Translations under genes and position numbers: made by a program
Notes under the pieces: generated by a model
Databases searched by the model: none
What the model was told of the DNA's origin: nothing
The model's input: the letters and a program-made list of their open reading frames with translations, nothing else
DNA from: Alphaproteobacteria bacterium
Lineage (GTDB): Bacteria > Pseudomonadota > Alphaproteobacteria > UBA7985 > JAUIBT01
NCBI GenBank assembly: GCA_030432195.1
Contig: JAUIHE010000002.1
Location: 5,045-69,044, forward strand
Length of the DNA: 64,000 nucleotides
Direction: 5' to 3'
In this document: positions 50,078 to 60,615 of the stretch, piece after piece
How positions within the stretch are numbered: position 1 is the first letter of the stretch
Layout of the letters: each line of letters starts with the position of its first letter

Positions 50078-50205
50078 CCCCCCTTTTCAAAGATTGGTGG
50101 GGCCTGCCCAAGGGCCTCTACCTAAACGGTGCGTTCCCCAACTAACTTGGCGGGGATGGCGATCTTCCCTTGTCATCCTCGCCAAGCCCTTTTATGGGCA
50201 AGAGT

Positions 50206-51414
50206 ATGGAACCTGCCTTTTTCTTACTGCCTGACATGAGCGTGCTTGAGGCTTCGACCCGCATGCACCCCTTTACCAAGGCCCGCGCGCTGTTGGATCA
50301 CCACAAGCCGGGCAAGGAGCCGGTCGCGCTGACCATTGGCGAACCGCAAAATCAGCCCCCAGCTTTTCTAGCCGATGTCATCGCCGCGCACGCATCTGAG
50401 TTCAATCGTTATCCGCCCAACCAGGGCTCGGATGACCTGTTGGAGGCTCAGATCGCTTGGTTGAAAAAACGTTATGATTTGGGGCCGGTGGACTTGGTAC
50501 CTCAGCGGGACCTGTTAGCGTCGGCGGGCAGCCGCGAAGGCATTACCATGGCTATTCGTGCCGCTGTGGCGCGCAAGCAAGCAGAAGGCATTGCCAAGCC
50601 TTTGGTGATGATGCCGAACCCATTCTATCATTCCTATGTCGGGGCTTGTTTGTCGGCGGGCGGCCAAGCGGTGCTGGTCAACGCTGAAGCCGACACGGGC
50701 TTTTTGCCAGATTTTGATGCCGTGCCCGACGAATTGTGGCGCCAAAGTGCCGCGGTGATTTTGTGTTCGCCTTCAAACCCGCAAGGCGCGGTGGCCAGCG
50801 CTGCGGCACTCAAGGCTTTGGCCGAGCGCGCGCGGCGATTTGATTGCTGGGCCATTTTCGATGATTGCTATGCTGAGATCTACCGCGATACGCCGCCGCC
50901 CGGTGTGCTGGCCCAGCTTGCGGGCGACTATGCAAATGTGTTGGTACTGCACTCCATGTCCAAGCGTTCCAGCGCGGCAGGTCTAAGGTGCGGTTTCATC
51001 ACCGGTGACCGCGCGGCCATCGCCGATGTGGCGGCGATCATGAAGTTCACGGGCGCGGCTATCGCAGCACCCTTGCAGGCCGGCGCGGCGGCGCTGTTGC
51101 GGGACGAGGCTCATGTTGCGGCCAACCGAGCCCGCTACAACGCGGCCTTCGACGCGGCCCGTCAGGTGTTTGATTGCCCCACGCCAGAGGGGGGCTTCTT
51201 TTTGTGGTTGCCCGTGGACAGCGCCGAAGAGGCTTGCCTTCAACTCTGGAAGGAAGAAGGCATCCGCACCCTGCCGGGCGACTCTGTTGCGTTTGGAGAA
51301 GGCGATCGCAACCCAGGTTCACAATATTTGCGCCTGGCTCTCGTAATTGAGCCCAATTTGCTGCCTAGTTTGCTAGGGCGCGTGGCAGATTGCTTGAAAG
51401 ATCGCCTTCGCTAG
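50206..51414 (+). CDS. Class I/II PLP-dependent aminotransferase (DapC/AspC-like)
   Basis: ALTIGEPQNQPPAFL, NRYPPNQGSDDL, PNPFYHSYVGA, VILCSPSNPQGAV, HSMSKRSSAAGLRCGF (PLP Lys). Confidence 0.88.
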   Translation: MEPAFFLLPDMSVLEASTRMHPFTKARALLDHHKPGKEPVALTIGEPQNQPPAFLADVIAAHASEFNRYPPNQGSDDLLEAQIAWLKKRYDLGPVDLVPQRDLLASAGSREGITMAIRAAVARKQAEGIAKPLVMMPNPFYHSYVGACLSAGGQAVLVNAEADTGFLPDFDAVPDELWRQSAAVILCSPSNPQGAVASAAALKALAERARRFDCWAIFDDCYAEIYRDTPPPGVLAQLAGDYANVLVLHSMSKRSSAAGLRCGFITGDRAAIADVAAIMKFTGAAIAAPLQAGAAALLRDEAHVAANRARYNAAFDAARQVFDCPTPEGGFFLWLPVDSAEEACLQLWKEEGIRTLPGDSVAFGEGDRNPGSQYLRLALVIEPNLLPSLLGRVADCLKDRLR

Positions 51415-51459
51415 GCAGCCATATGGCGGTGTCTGGGACATATTTCCAGCGCCGACATT

Positions 51460-54400
51460 TTGGACTTCTTCAGCGCTTTGCCGTGCCGCGAGAGGCAGGA
51501 TTTTTCCTGCCTGTTTATTGGTTTATGGATTTTAAGCGTTCGTATGGCTCTGCAGTACCCCGCATATCAAACTCGCCCCCAGGATCAAGCCCAGTCCGAT
51601 GCACATGTGATGCAGGCTGGAGGTCAGACGTCCAGTGAGCCAAGCGGCGCTGAACGTCGGCGGACCAAGGCGCCAGCGCGATCACATGTCAGGCAGGCGG
51701 CACGCAAGCACGACCAAAATGCTCCAAGCGCAACGACCCAGTTTGCGATGCGCCCGCAAGGCGGCGCCTATCTGGACCCCTATGATGATATTGAAGAGTT
51801 GCCCAGCTATAGCTCGGCGGCCAATCAGGCGGCCGCGAGTGCGGCGGCATCCGGCCCTGCGACGCCCGGCTATAGCTCTTATGTCGAAGATTGGGTGGCC
51901 CCTGAGCCTTTGCAACCAGAAACGCTGCCCCGCCAACGCCTATTGCCCGAGGGTTTCGGTGCCAAGTGGCGCATCGGTTGGGTGCGTTGGCATGCTCTGG
52001 CCTATGGCGTGCTGAGCTTGCTGCTGATTTTAGCGCTGGGCAGCTATAGCCCTGTTGACAATTCGTGGAATTCTTCTGGCGCGGCGGGCACTCAAAACCT
52101 GTTGGGCCAACCGGGCGCGGTTTTGGCCGACTTTATCGTGCAACTGTTTGGCTACAGCGCGTTCTTTTTGCCCTGTGTGGCAATTGTGATGGCCACGCAA
52201 GTTTTGTCACACGGTCGCGTGCCACGCCTGGCAAGCCGGCTAATCTACTTGGCTCTGGGCCTGACCTTGTTCTCTGCGGCCCTAAACATTACCGGTATGC
52301 CCAGTCACTGGGGGCGTCCAGACCGTTGGGGCGGCGCGTTGGGCTACCTGCTGCAGTACAACCTCAAGACTTGGCTGTATTTGCCCTACTGGGCGTCAGC
52401 GCTGGTGGCGCTGGTGCCAAGCCTCATGCTGCTTGGATCGGCTATGGGTATCGCCCCGCGCGAATGGCAGCGCTTGGCTGAAGCCATTAGCGACCGCTTG
52501 GTGCCCTTGGGTCAAGAAGCGGGTCATCGTGTGGACCAAGGTGTTCGCCAGGGCCTGCGCAGTGCCTGGCGGCAAGGTCAGCGGTCGAGCAGTTGGTTGA
52601 ACAGAGCAGGCCAAGCAAAGAAGCAGGCGGCCACTAGTCAACAGGCCGCGCGTCAGCCAGTTGGCAATCAACCGGTCGGCAGTCAACCGGTCGGCAGTCA
52701 ACCGGTCGGCAGTCGGCCGGGTGGTGCTTTGGATCATCGCCAGCCAGGGGCGGGTGCCCCCGTGGCACCTGCTGCCCCCGCTTGGGCGCAACAGGCACAC
52801 AATCAACAGGCCCGCAATCACCATCAGAGGCAGCAAGCCGACGCGCAACCCATGCCACAGCCTGCCGCCTACCCCAACCAGGCACCCCAGCATCCGTTGC
52901 GGCGCAACCAAATGGATCGTCGGCAAGCAGAACGGCTAGCGCGTGGCCCCCATGTGGCGAACCTGACTGCGCATCAGCCGATGGCAGCTCCGGCTACCCC
53001 TGGCCCGCACGCGGCAAGCTATCACGACTATAACAGCCAGCCGGCAGCCATGCGACGATTGGCAGAACGGGAAGCCCGTGAGCGCGCCTTGGCGGCTATG
53101 GAAGAAAATGCCCGGCAGATCGCGGCTCAACGCGCGGCGCAACGTCAGCCCAGTGCGACTTCGGTCAGCCCCGGCTATGGCGCGCCTTTGAGCGCCCAGC
53201 GCATTGAGCCAACCAACGCCAGTGCGAGCCAGGAAGCCGCTTACCTGTCTCCGCATGGTCATGCTGCCCCGAATGCGGGCGATGTCGCGCCGGCCGCTGA
53301 TCCTTATGCGGCCTATCAGCCGATCGTTGGTGGTGATTTTGTCGCCAAGCACGCACGCGCGCAGGCTCAGCCCTTAGAGGAGCAACCACCAATGGCGGAT
53401 GCGCAAGCCGATCTTGCCGCTCGCACCCAGGCCGCTTTGGAGCAAATGGCAGGCCCTGCGTATGCCGAACGTGCAAGCGTGCCACAGTGGGATGAACAGC
53501 AGTGGGATACACAACAGGCTTATGAAGCGTCTCATGAAGGCTTCTATGAAGACACCTATGACGCTCAGCATGAAGACTCATTGGAAGATGATGCTTGGCA
53601 GGCTTTTGAAGACGGTCAGCAGCAAGCCCCCGTTGCGGTGGTCCATCAAGAAGAGCAAGCCACCGCGTTGGAGCGTGACCAGGGGGCTCCTTGGGACGAC
53701 AGCGTCGATGAAGCGCTTGGCTTCGCGCCCGGTCACGATGATTCAGAGCAGGACGCAGCGGGCCGTGATGCAGGCCTGGACGTAGAGGCCTGGGATGGCG
53801 AGGAGTACGATCGCGAAGACGGCTGCGGTCAAAGGGCAACGGGTGAGGACTTTGACCAAGATGATTTTGACCAAGATGATTTTGACCAAGATGATTTTGA
53901 GCAAGACGACTTAGACCAAGACGACTTAGACCAAGACGACCTGGACTATGACCACGTTGACCATGACCATAGGGACGCTCAATCTTGGCAGGAACAGGAT
54001 TGGTCTGAGGATGACGCGGCGACAGCCCCAGCGCTGAGCGCAGCGCCAGCCCAAAGAGCGGCCGTGAGCCCGCCTGCGGCACCGGTCTCGACGGCACCTG
54101 TGCAAACGGCCGCAGCGGTTTCAGCATCCAATGCTGGGTATCGCCCCGCGGGCTACGAGCCTGAGCCCATGAGCGCTGAGCCCATGAGCGCTGAGCGCAA
54201 AGTGATGCCGGTTTCTTCGGCGCAACTGGCGGTGCAAAGCCACCAAGGCACCTATGAACCGCCGCGCTTGGACTATCTTAGCGACGCTGACCCGGGTCAA
54301 CTCGCCAACCGCTTGACCGCTGAAGAAGCGCACGAAAATGCGCGGATGTTGGAGAGCGTGTTGTCCGATTTCAACGTCAAAGGCACGATCGTCAACGTAA

Positions 54401-55794
54401 AGCCGGGCCCGGTGGTCACGCTGTACGAACTGGAGCCTGCGCCGGGCACCAAGACCAGCCGGGTCGTCGGTTTGGCGGACGATATCGCGCGCTCCATGTC
54501 AGCATTGTCAGCGCGTATTGCGGTCGTACCTGGGCGCAATGTCATTGGTATTGAGCTGCCAAACCCGCGCCGCGAGACCGTCTATTTCCGTGAGATGCTG
54601 GAAAGCCAGGCCTACCGAGAGCCCGGTTTCAAACTGCCGCTGGCGCTCGGAAAAGATATCGGCGGTGAGCCAGTTGCCGTGGATTTGGCCAAGATGCCCC
54701 ACTTGCTGATTGCCGGTACAACGGGTTCGGGCAAGTCGGTGGCGGTCAACACCATGATCCTGTCGCTGCTCTACCGCCTGGGCCCAGAACAGTGCAAATT
54801 CATCATGATCGACCCAAAGATGCTGGAATTGTCCGTTTACGACGGCATCCCGCATCTGCTGTGCCCGACTGTTGTTGACCCGAAAAAAGCGGTGGTGGCG
54901 CTCAATTGGGCGGTGCGCGAGATGGAAGATCGCTATAAGGCCATGAGCCAAGTAGGCGTGCGTAACATCGCCGGCTTCAACAAGCGCTTGGCCGAAGCCC
55001 GCGCCAAAGGCGAGGTCATTTTGCGGCGCGTGCAGACCGGCTTTAACCCTGAAACCGGCGAGGCGGTGTTTGAAGAGCAGGAGATGGACCTGACGCCGCT
55101 GCCCTACATCGTCATTATCATCGACGAATTGGCGGACTTGATGCTGGTTGCGGGTAAGGACATCGAATCGGCCTTGCAGCGCTTGGCGCAAATGGCTCGC
55201 GCGGCGGGCCTGCACCTTGTTATGGCGACGCAAAGACCGTCGGTCGATGTTATCACCGGAACGATAAAGGCCAACTTCCCGACGCGGATTTCGTTCCACG
55301 TCACCTCAAAGATCGACTCGCGAACCATCTTGGGTGAAATGGGTGCCGAACAGTTGTTGGGTATGGGCGATATGCTCTACCAACCATCGGGCGGCCGTTT
55401 GAAGCGCGTCCACGGCCCATTTTCCAGCGATGACGAAGTGGAAAAGGTGGTGTCCTTCCTTAAGGCTCAAGGGGCGCCCTCATATATCGGCTCAATAACC
55501 GAGGAAGCCGATGCGGACGAGAGCGACGAGCGAGTCGATGACGAGGCGGCGGGCGTCGGTCAAGGCTTTGGTCATGGCTTCGGCAACTCAGGAGACGAAC
55601 TTTACGATCAAGCTGTGGCCATAGTCTTGAAGCACAAAAAGGCCTCGACGTCCTTTGTTCAACGCCAACTGCAAATCGGCTATAACCGTGCGGCGCGTTT
55701 GATTGAACGCATGGAAGAGGAGGGGTTGATATCCTCTTCAGATCATGTCGGTCGTCGTCAAATTTTGGTCGGCGGGGATTCGGCGGATATCTAG
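51460..55794 (+). CDS. ftsK: FtsK/SpoIIIE DNA translocase with an unusually long repetitive linker
   Basis: TM domain, long P/Q- and acid-rich linker, motor [24 protein letters not shown]-terminal gamma winged helix [40 protein letters not shown]. Start uncertain (51460 or 51544). Confidence 0.95.
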   Translation: MDFFSALPCRERQDFSCLFIGLWILSVRMALQYPAYQTRPQDQAQSDAHVMQAGGQTSSEPSGAERRRTKAPARSHVRQAARKHDQNAPSATTQFAMRPQGGAYLDPYDDIEELPSYSSAANQAAASAAASGPATPGYSSYVEDWVAPEPLQPETLPRQRLLPEGFGAKWRIGWVRWHALAYGVLSLLLILALGSYSPVDNSWNSSGAAGTQNLLGQPGAVLADFIVQLFGYSAFFLPCVAIVMATQVLSHGRVPRLASRLIYLALGLTLFSAALNITGMPSHWGRPDRWGGALGYLLQYNLKTWLYLPYWASALVALVPSLMLLGSAMGIAPREWQRLAEAISDRLVPLGQEAGHRVDQGVRQGLRSAWRQGQRSSSWLNRAGQAKKQAATSQQAARQPVGNQPVGSQPVGSQPVGSRPGGALDHRQPGAGAPVAPAAPAWAQQAHNQQARNHHQRQQADAQPMPQPAAYPNQAPQHPLRRNQMDRRQAERLARGPHVANLTAHQPMAAPATPGPHAASYHDYNSQPAAMRRLAEREARERALAAMEENARQIAAQRAAQRQPSATSVSPGYGAPLSAQRIEPTNASASQEAAYLSPHGHAAPNAGDVAPAADPYAAYQPIVGGDFVAKHARAQAQPLEEQPPMADAQADLAARTQAALEQMAGPAYAERASVPQWDEQQWDTQQAYEASHEGFYEDTYDAQHEDSLEDDAWQAFEDGQQQAPVAVVHQEEQATALERDQGAPWDDSVDEALGFAPGHDDSEQDAAGRDAGLDVEAWDGEEYDREDGCGQRATGEDFDQDDFDQDDFDQDDFEQDDLDQDDLDQDDLDYDHVDHDHRDAQSWQEQDWSEDDAATAPALSAAPAQRAAVSPPAAPVSTAPVQTAAAVSASNAGYRPAGYEPEPMSAEPMSAERKVMPVSSAQLAVQSHQGTYEPPRLDYLSDADPGQLANRLTAEEAHENARMLESVLSDFNVKGTIVNVKPGPVVTLYELEPAPGTKTSRVVGLADDIARSMSALSARIAVVPGRNVIGIELPNPRRETVYFREMLESQAYREPGFKLPLALGKDIGGEPVAVDLAKMPHLLIAGTTGSGKSVAVNTMILSLLYRLGPEQCKFIMIDPKMLELSVYDGIPHLLCPTVVDPKKAVVALNWAVREMEDRYKAMSQVGVRNIAGFNKRLAEARAKGEVILRRVQTGFNPETGEAVFEEQEMDLTPLPYIVIIIDELADLMLVAGKDIESALQRLAQMARAAGLHLVMATQRPSVDVITGTIKANFPTRISFHVTSKIDSRTILGEMGAEQLLGMGDMLYQPSGGRLKRVHGPFSSDDEVEKVVSFLKAQGAPSYIGSITEEADADESDERVDDEAAGVGQGFGHGFGNSGDELYDQAVAIVLKHKKASTSFVQRQLQIGYNRAARLIERMEEEGLISSSDHVGRRQILVGGDSADI
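52667..52722. repeat. 15 bp in-frame tandem repeat in ftsK (CAACCGGTCGGCAGT; QPVGS)
   Basis: [24 protein letters not shown]. Confidence 0.9.
53850..53945. repeat. 15 bp in-frame tandem repeat in ftsK (TTTGACCAAGATGAT; FDQDD)
   Basis: [41 protein letters not shown]. Confidence 0.9.
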
Positions 55795-55832
55795 TCTGCG
55801 CCTTGCTGATCGCCCACCTGTTACGGAACGTA

Positions 55833-56492
55833 TGTATGAACGCTCTATCGTTTCTTTCGACCTTGCTAAATCGCTCCCTGGTTGCTGGTGTGATGGGGAT
55901 CGCGGCGCTGTTTGCTGGCGGTGCCCATGCACAGAATATCACCGACGCCGAGTTGCTGGCCGTCGTTGAAGCCGAGCAAGTTCTGAACGGCGTGATTACC
56001 GCGCAAGGCCGCTTTACGCAGCAAGATTCGCTGGGTGGGCAGGCGAGTGGCGAGGTCGCGATCTGGCGGCCGGGTCGGCTGCGCTTTGACTACGATGCGC
56101 CCAGTCCAACGCTGATTTTGGCCGATGGCTACTTTGTAATGAGCGTCGATCGCGAGCTTGAAAACGTGGCGCACCAGCGCATCTCGCGCTCGCCGCTCTA
56201 TTTCCTTTTGGATCAGCGCGTCGAGTTCACCAAGGGGCTGAACCTTGTTGATGTTGTATTGGGCGACCAGTTGTTGGAAATCACGGTCCAACGCCAAGGC
56301 CGTGAAGACGAGGGTTTCTTGACCCTTCTGTTCCACCCGCAGACAAAAGAGCTGCTGGGTTGGCGTACCGTTGACGCTCAAGGCGTCACCACGCTGTTGC
56401 AGCTGGAATTTATGAGCTATGGCGTGCCCATGAATGAAGAAGCGTTCCGATTACCTGCCGGTTATGGCCGCGACGATCGCGATCGCAACTAG
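55833..56492 (+). CDS. lolA: Outer-membrane lipoprotein carrier protein LolA family
   Basis: Signal peptide; AEQVLNGVITAQGRFTQQDSLGGQASGEVAIWRPGRLRFDYDAPSPTLILADG; directly after ftsK, a common alphaproteobacterial order. Confidence 0.88.
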   Translation, partial: CMNALSFLSTLLNRSLVAGVMGIAALFAGGAHAQNITDAELLAVVEAEQVLNGVITAQGRFTQQDSLGGQASGEVAIWRPGRLRFDYDAPSPTLILADGYFVMSVDRELENVAHQRISRSPLYFLLDQRVEFTKGLNLVDVVLGDQLLEITVQRQGREDEGFLTLLFHPQTKELLGWRTVDAQGVTTLLQLEFMSYGVPMNEEAFRLPAGYGRDDRDRN

Positions 56493-56603
56493 CCCAAGTT
56501 TCGGCGCGGCGAGAGCGAGCGCGCCAAGCACAAGCCTTGCCTCTTTGCCGTTCTTGGCACCATAGTAGCGCCTTCGTTAGATCCGTCGCGATAGAGAGGC
56601 TAC

Positions 56604-58106
56604 ATGGCGCGTTATTTGCTCGCAATCGACCAAGGAACCACCTCGTCTAGGGCTATTGTCTATGATGAGAGCCTGGCACCGATCGTCAGCGCCCAACAGG
56701 AATTCCAACAGCACTTTCCGCAAGAAGGCTGGGTCGAGCACGACCCCATGGATCTATGGCAGACAGTTTTGGACTGCGCGCGCCAGGCCATAGCCAAAGC
56801 GGGCCTACAAGCCAATGAGATCGCCGCCATCGGCATCACCAATCAGCGCGAAACCACTTTGGTTTGGGATCGTGCAACCGGCGAGCCCATTTATCCGGCG
56901 ATCGTCTGGCAAGACCGGCGCACAATGCAGCGCTGCCAACAGCTCAAGGCCGAGGGGTTGGAGGATGAAGTTCGCGCGCGCACGGGCTTGCTGCTGGACC
57001 CCTATTTCTCTGCGACCAAGCTGGCATGGATCTTGGATCAGGTCGCGGGCGCACGCGAAAAGGCCAAGTCCGGGCAGTTGGCCTTTGGCACGGTAGACAC
57101 CTGGCTGATTTGGCACCTGACCGGTGGTGTACGCCACGTGACCGATGCCACCAACGCTGCGCGCACCATGCTCTATAATATCCACGAAGGCTGCTGGGAC
57201 GACACCTTGCTTGCGGCGTTGGACATTCCCGCTGGCATGTTGCCCCAGGTGCAAGACTGTGCGTCTGATTTTGGCACGACCTTGCCCGACCTGTTGGGCG
57301 CGAGCCTGCCCATTCGCGGCGTTGCAGGAGACCAGCAAGCGGCCACCGTCGGCCAGGCCTGCTTTTCTCCTGGCATGCTGAAATCGACCTATGGCACAGG
57401 GTGTTTTGCTTTGCTCAATACCGGAGCGCGTGCCATTACCTCGGAAAACCGCCTGCTGACCACGATTGCCTATCAATTGGACGGGCAGCCAAGTTATGCG
57501 CTGGAAGGCTCGATCTTTGTTGCGGGCGCACTGGTGCAGTGGATGCGGGACGAGCTGGGCATCGTTGAAAAGGCGAGCCAGACGCAGGCCATGGCTGAAG
57601 CCGCTGACCCGAGCCAGCGCGTCTATTTGGTGCCTGCATTTACCGGCTTGGGTGCGCCCTATTGGCAAGCGCGCGCGCGCGGCAGCCTGTTGGGGATGAC
57701 CCGCAACACCGGCCCCAAGGAGATTGCACGCGCGGGCTTGCAGGCCATCGGCTATCAGACCGGTGATCTAATGACGGCCATGGTGGGCGATTGGCCCGCG
57801 CTGGCCGACATGGCCGGGGTGCTGCGCGTCGATGGTGGCCTGGTCGCCAACGACTACGCGATGCAGTTCTTGGCGGACATCTTGGGCAGGCCGGTTGAAC
57901 GACCCGAAAACATCGAGACGACTGCTTTGGGCGCCGCGGCTTTGGCTGCGTTAGGGGCCGGGCTCTTGCCTGATTTGACTGCTCTGCAACGGAACTGGCG
58001 CTTGGATCGCCGCTTTGAACCGACCATGGCGGAAGCCGAACGGCAGGCCGGATTGAGGGGCTGGACCAAGGCCATCGCCGCGACCCGACTGATGGCCGAG
58101 GATTAG
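56604..58106 (+). CDS. glpK: Glycerol kinase
   Basis: [61 protein letters not shown]. Confidence 0.97.
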   Translation: MARYLLAIDQGTTSSRAIVYDESLAPIVSAQQEFQQHFPQEGWVEHDPMDLWQTVLDCARQAIAKAGLQANEIAAIGITNQRETTLVWDRATGEPIYPAIVWQDRRTMQRCQQLKAEGLEDEVRARTGLLLDPYFSATKLAWILDQVAGAREKAKSGQLAFGTVDTWLIWHLTGGVRHVTDATNAARTMLYNIHEGCWDDTLLAALDIPAGMLPQVQDCASDFGTTLPDLLGASLPIRGVAGDQQAATVGQACFSPGMLKSTYGTGCFALLNTGARAITSENRLLTTIAYQLDGQPSYALEGSIFVAGALVQWMRDELGIVEKASQTQAMAEAADPSQRVYLVPAFTGLGAPYWQARARGSLLGMTRNTGPKEIARAGLQAIGYQTGDLMTAMVGDWPALADMAGVLRVDGGLVANDYAMQFLADILGRPVERPENIETTALGAAALAALGAGLLPDLTALQRNWRLDRRFEPTMAEAERQAGLRGWTKAIAATRLMAED

Positions 58107-58114
58107 CGCAGTGC

Positions 58115-58222
58115 CTAGAGCGTCGGGCCCCGTCGTTGCAACAGCCTTTCCGCTCTAGCTGACTGATTTCTAACGCAAGTCCATGCTCATGCGTTGCGCC
58201 ACTCATTCGCGGCTTGCTGCAG
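58115..58222. repeat. Dispersed ~108 bp repeat, copy 3 (inverted relative to copies 1 and 2)
   Basis: CTAGAGCGTCGGGCCCCGTCGTTGCAACAGCCTTTCCGCTCTAGCTGACTGATTTCTAACGCAAGTCCATGCTCATGCGTTGCGCCACTCATTCGCGGCTTGCTGCAG; complement matches copies 1 and 2. Confidence 0.92.
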
Positions 58223-58433
58223 GCGTCCCGTCTCAGCGTGCCTGGAATATTCGCGATGATTTTTGCGGAAGACCTAACAAGCCCTGGCTTCCCCTTTGTT
58301 GCTCGGCACAGCGGCAGGGAACGGGGCGCCTTCTCGCGAAGTATGCAGGCATACGCAATGCCCGTGACGCAAGGCGATCCAGGCCGCTAGGCCGATGCGT
58401 TCGGGGATGCTCAAATTGTCAGGAAAAGAAAAA

Positions 58434-58518
58434 TGGTGGACAGGGTTGGATTCGAACCAACGTAGGCATAGCCAGCGGATTTACAATCCGCCCCCTTTAG
58501 CCGCTCGGGCACCTGTCC
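58434..58518 (-). tRNA. tRNA-Tyr (anticodon GTA), CCA encoded
   Basis: Complement GGACAGGTGCCCGAGCGGCTAAAGGGGGCGGATTGTAAATCCGCTGGCTATGCCTACGTTGGTTCGAATCCAACCCTGTCCACCA; acceptor GGACAGG/CCTGTCC, long variable arm, T arm GGTTCGAATCC. Confidence 0.95.
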
Positions 58519-58606
58519 ACGCCGCGCGCAAGGCTTTTCGCGCTGCGGGAGTGCGCGGTTTAGCAGCCGACTTTGATGCCGTCAACTGGCTTTTCGGCCT
58601 TTTTTA

Positions 58607-59473
58607 TTGAGCTGGCACGCTAGGGGCCTTAAAGGTGAGCCCACAGCCCCGCTGGGCCATCAAAAAGGCCCGGCCAAAGGAAAAGAAATCGTGTCGCAGA
58701 ATAAAATGTTGAAGTTGCCCAAGGGCGCGCTGTCGAAAAAGCGCCGCCCGACCAAACACTGGATTTGGGGGCACCATGCGGTTGAGGCGGCATTGCGAAA
58801 TCCAAGCCGAAAAGTCAAACGCTTGCTGGTCTATCCCGACCTGCTGCCTAACCTGTTGCCCGTGCTTGACGCGATGGACATTCCGCCGGCGATCAGCGAA
58901 GCCCGGAAAGCAGACATCGACGGGTTGTTGCCCGAAGGCGCGGTGCATCAAGGCTATGCGCTTGAGTGCAACCCGCGCGCAGAATTGACCTTGGGTCAGT
59001 TCTTGGCCCAGCCAAAGGAACAGCGCCGTCTGCTGGTGGCTTTGGATCAAGTCACCGACCCGCATAACGTCGGCGCAATCTGGCGCTCGGCGGCGGCCTT
59101 TGGCGCAGGGGGCCTGCTTTTGACCGAACGCCACGCTCCGAACGAGACCGGCGTTCTAGCCAAGACCGCCTGCGGCGGTTTGGAGGTGGTGCCGCCGGTG
59201 CGGGTGCGCAATTTGTCGGACAGCCTGGAGGCCTTAAAAGAAAAGGGGTATCGCATCCTGGGCTTGGCGGGCGAAGCGGAAACCCGCCTCAATGCGCTGG
59301 AGCCGTCTGAGTTAAACGTGTTGGTGCTGGGCGCCGAGGGCGACGGGATGCGCCAACGCACGCGGCAGACCTGTGATGTGCTAGTGCGCCTGCCGACCCG
59401 CCCCCCAATCGACCACCTAAATGTTTCTAATGCTGCGGCCATTGCGCTCTATGCGCTTGCGTCTTATGCCTAA
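58607..59473 (+). CDS. rlmB: TrmH/SpoU-family 23S rRNA 2'-O-methyltransferase (RlmB-like)
   Basis: IWGHHAVEAALRNPSRKVKRLLV, LVALDQVTDPHNVGAIWRSAAAFGAGGLLLTERHAP, LVLGAEGDGMRQRTRQTCD, LNVSNAAAIALYA. True start may be internal. Confidence 0.88.
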   Translation: MSWHARGLKGEPTAPLGHQKGPAKGKEIVSQNKMLKLPKGALSKKRRPTKHWIWGHHAVEAALRNPSRKVKRLLVYPDLLPNLLPVLDAMDIPPAISEARKADIDGLLPEGAVHQGYALECNPRAELTLGQFLAQPKEQRRLLVALDQVTDPHNVGAIWRSAAAFGAGGLLLTERHAPNETGVLAKTACGGLEVVPPVRVRNLSDSLEALKEKGYRILGLAGEAETRLNALEPSELNVLVLGAEGDGMRQRTRQTCDVLVRLPTRPPIDHLNVSNAAAIALYALASYA

Positions 59474-59567
59474 AGACTAAGACGCCGCCGGAAGCGTTTT
59501 GCGCCTACGGCGCACGCTAGGCTGGCCGCGTGGCGACACCCGCTTGACCTGCTTGTTCGATCGACCC

Positions 59568-60590
59568 ATGACCTTGACATCGCAATCTTACATCGAAACC
59601 CGCATTGAGGCTCTGTTAGGCCGCTGGGAGGGGCGTTGGTTTGATATTTCAAGCGGCGGCAAGGCAGCGCCACCACCGCCAAGCGAGGAGCCTGTTCCAG
59701 AGCGCCTGCATGCCTTGACCTTGCCAGAGCGCGAGGGCGCGCAAGAGCATCTGATCGTCACGCACGGCAACGGCATGACAGCGGCGACGCACGCCAACCT
59801 GGCGCTGGCGCTGGCGGAGGCCAACCCCAATATTCAGCCCTGGTTGGTAGACACGCGCGGTCACGGGCGCTCAACACTCTCGCTTGATCCGGCCAAATTG
59901 CGCGATTTCAAGCGCTATAGCGCTGATTTGAAAGCGTTTTGCCGGGGCTTGCCAGGCCGACTTCATTTCATTGGCCACTCGATGGGGGCTTTGCTGGCCA
60001 TGCGCGAAGCCACTGATCTTTGTGCCGAGACGCCTGAGCGCGTCGGCTCGCTGATCCTGCTGGAGCCAACGCTGCTATCGCGATCGCTCTATGCCGCGAT
60101 GACGGTCGGCCACTACATTCCATCACTGATGCGTCGCCTCAACCCCTTGATCAAGCCCGCTGCGCGCCGTCGCCCGGCTTGGGAGAGCTGGTCGCAGATG
60201 TTCGCCTCCTATGAGGACAAGGAACTGTTTGCCGCCTTCGATCCTGACAGTTTTGCAGGCTATCTGGCGACGGGGATAAAGGCGAGCCAGTTTGGCGTCG
60301 CCCTGTCTTGCGCACCGGCGGTAGAAGCCGCCAATTTCCAATGGCTCGACCTGAGCCTTTGGGGCACCATCAAGCGGCGGCGAACGATCCGTGATGTGCC
60401 AACTTTGTTGGCCTATGGCAAGCTGACGGGCTCAACGGTTTCACAAGGTCGCGTGGCCGAGGTGGAGGCCCTGTTTCGAAATCTGACGGTCTTGGGGGTC
60501 GATGATGCGGACCATTTCTTGCCCATGACCCACGTTGAGCTGCTGCAACGCGAATTGCTCCGCTTTCACCAATCCCTGCCGCAAGGCTAG
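59568..60590 (+). CDS. Alpha/beta hydrolase
   Basis: DTRGHGRS, LHFIGHSMGALLAM nucleophile elbow, DADHFLPMTHVEL catalytic His region. Confidence 0.85.
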   Translation: MTLTSQSYIETRIEALLGRWEGRWFDISSGGKAAPPPPSEEPVPERLHALTLPEREGAQEHLIVTHGNGMTAATHANLALALAEANPNIQPWLVDTRGHGRSTLSLDPAKLRDFKRYSADLKAFCRGLPGRLHFIGHSMGALLAMREATDLCAETPERVGSLILLEPTLLSRSLYAAMTVGHYIPSLMRRLNPLIKPAARRRPAWESWSQMFASYEDKELFAAFDPDSFAGYLATGIKASQFGVALSCAPAVEAANFQWLDLSLWGTIKRRRTIRDVPTLLAYGKLTGSTVSQGRVAEVEALFRNLTVLGVDDADHFLPMTHVELLQRELLRFHQSLPQG

Positions 60591-60615
60591 GACGTATTTG
60601 GATAGACCAAGACCT

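Noticed and set aside
52396-52926. Antisense ORF with [15 protein letters not shown] repeats.
   Set aside because: It is the complement of the QPVGS-coding tandem repeat inside ftsK.
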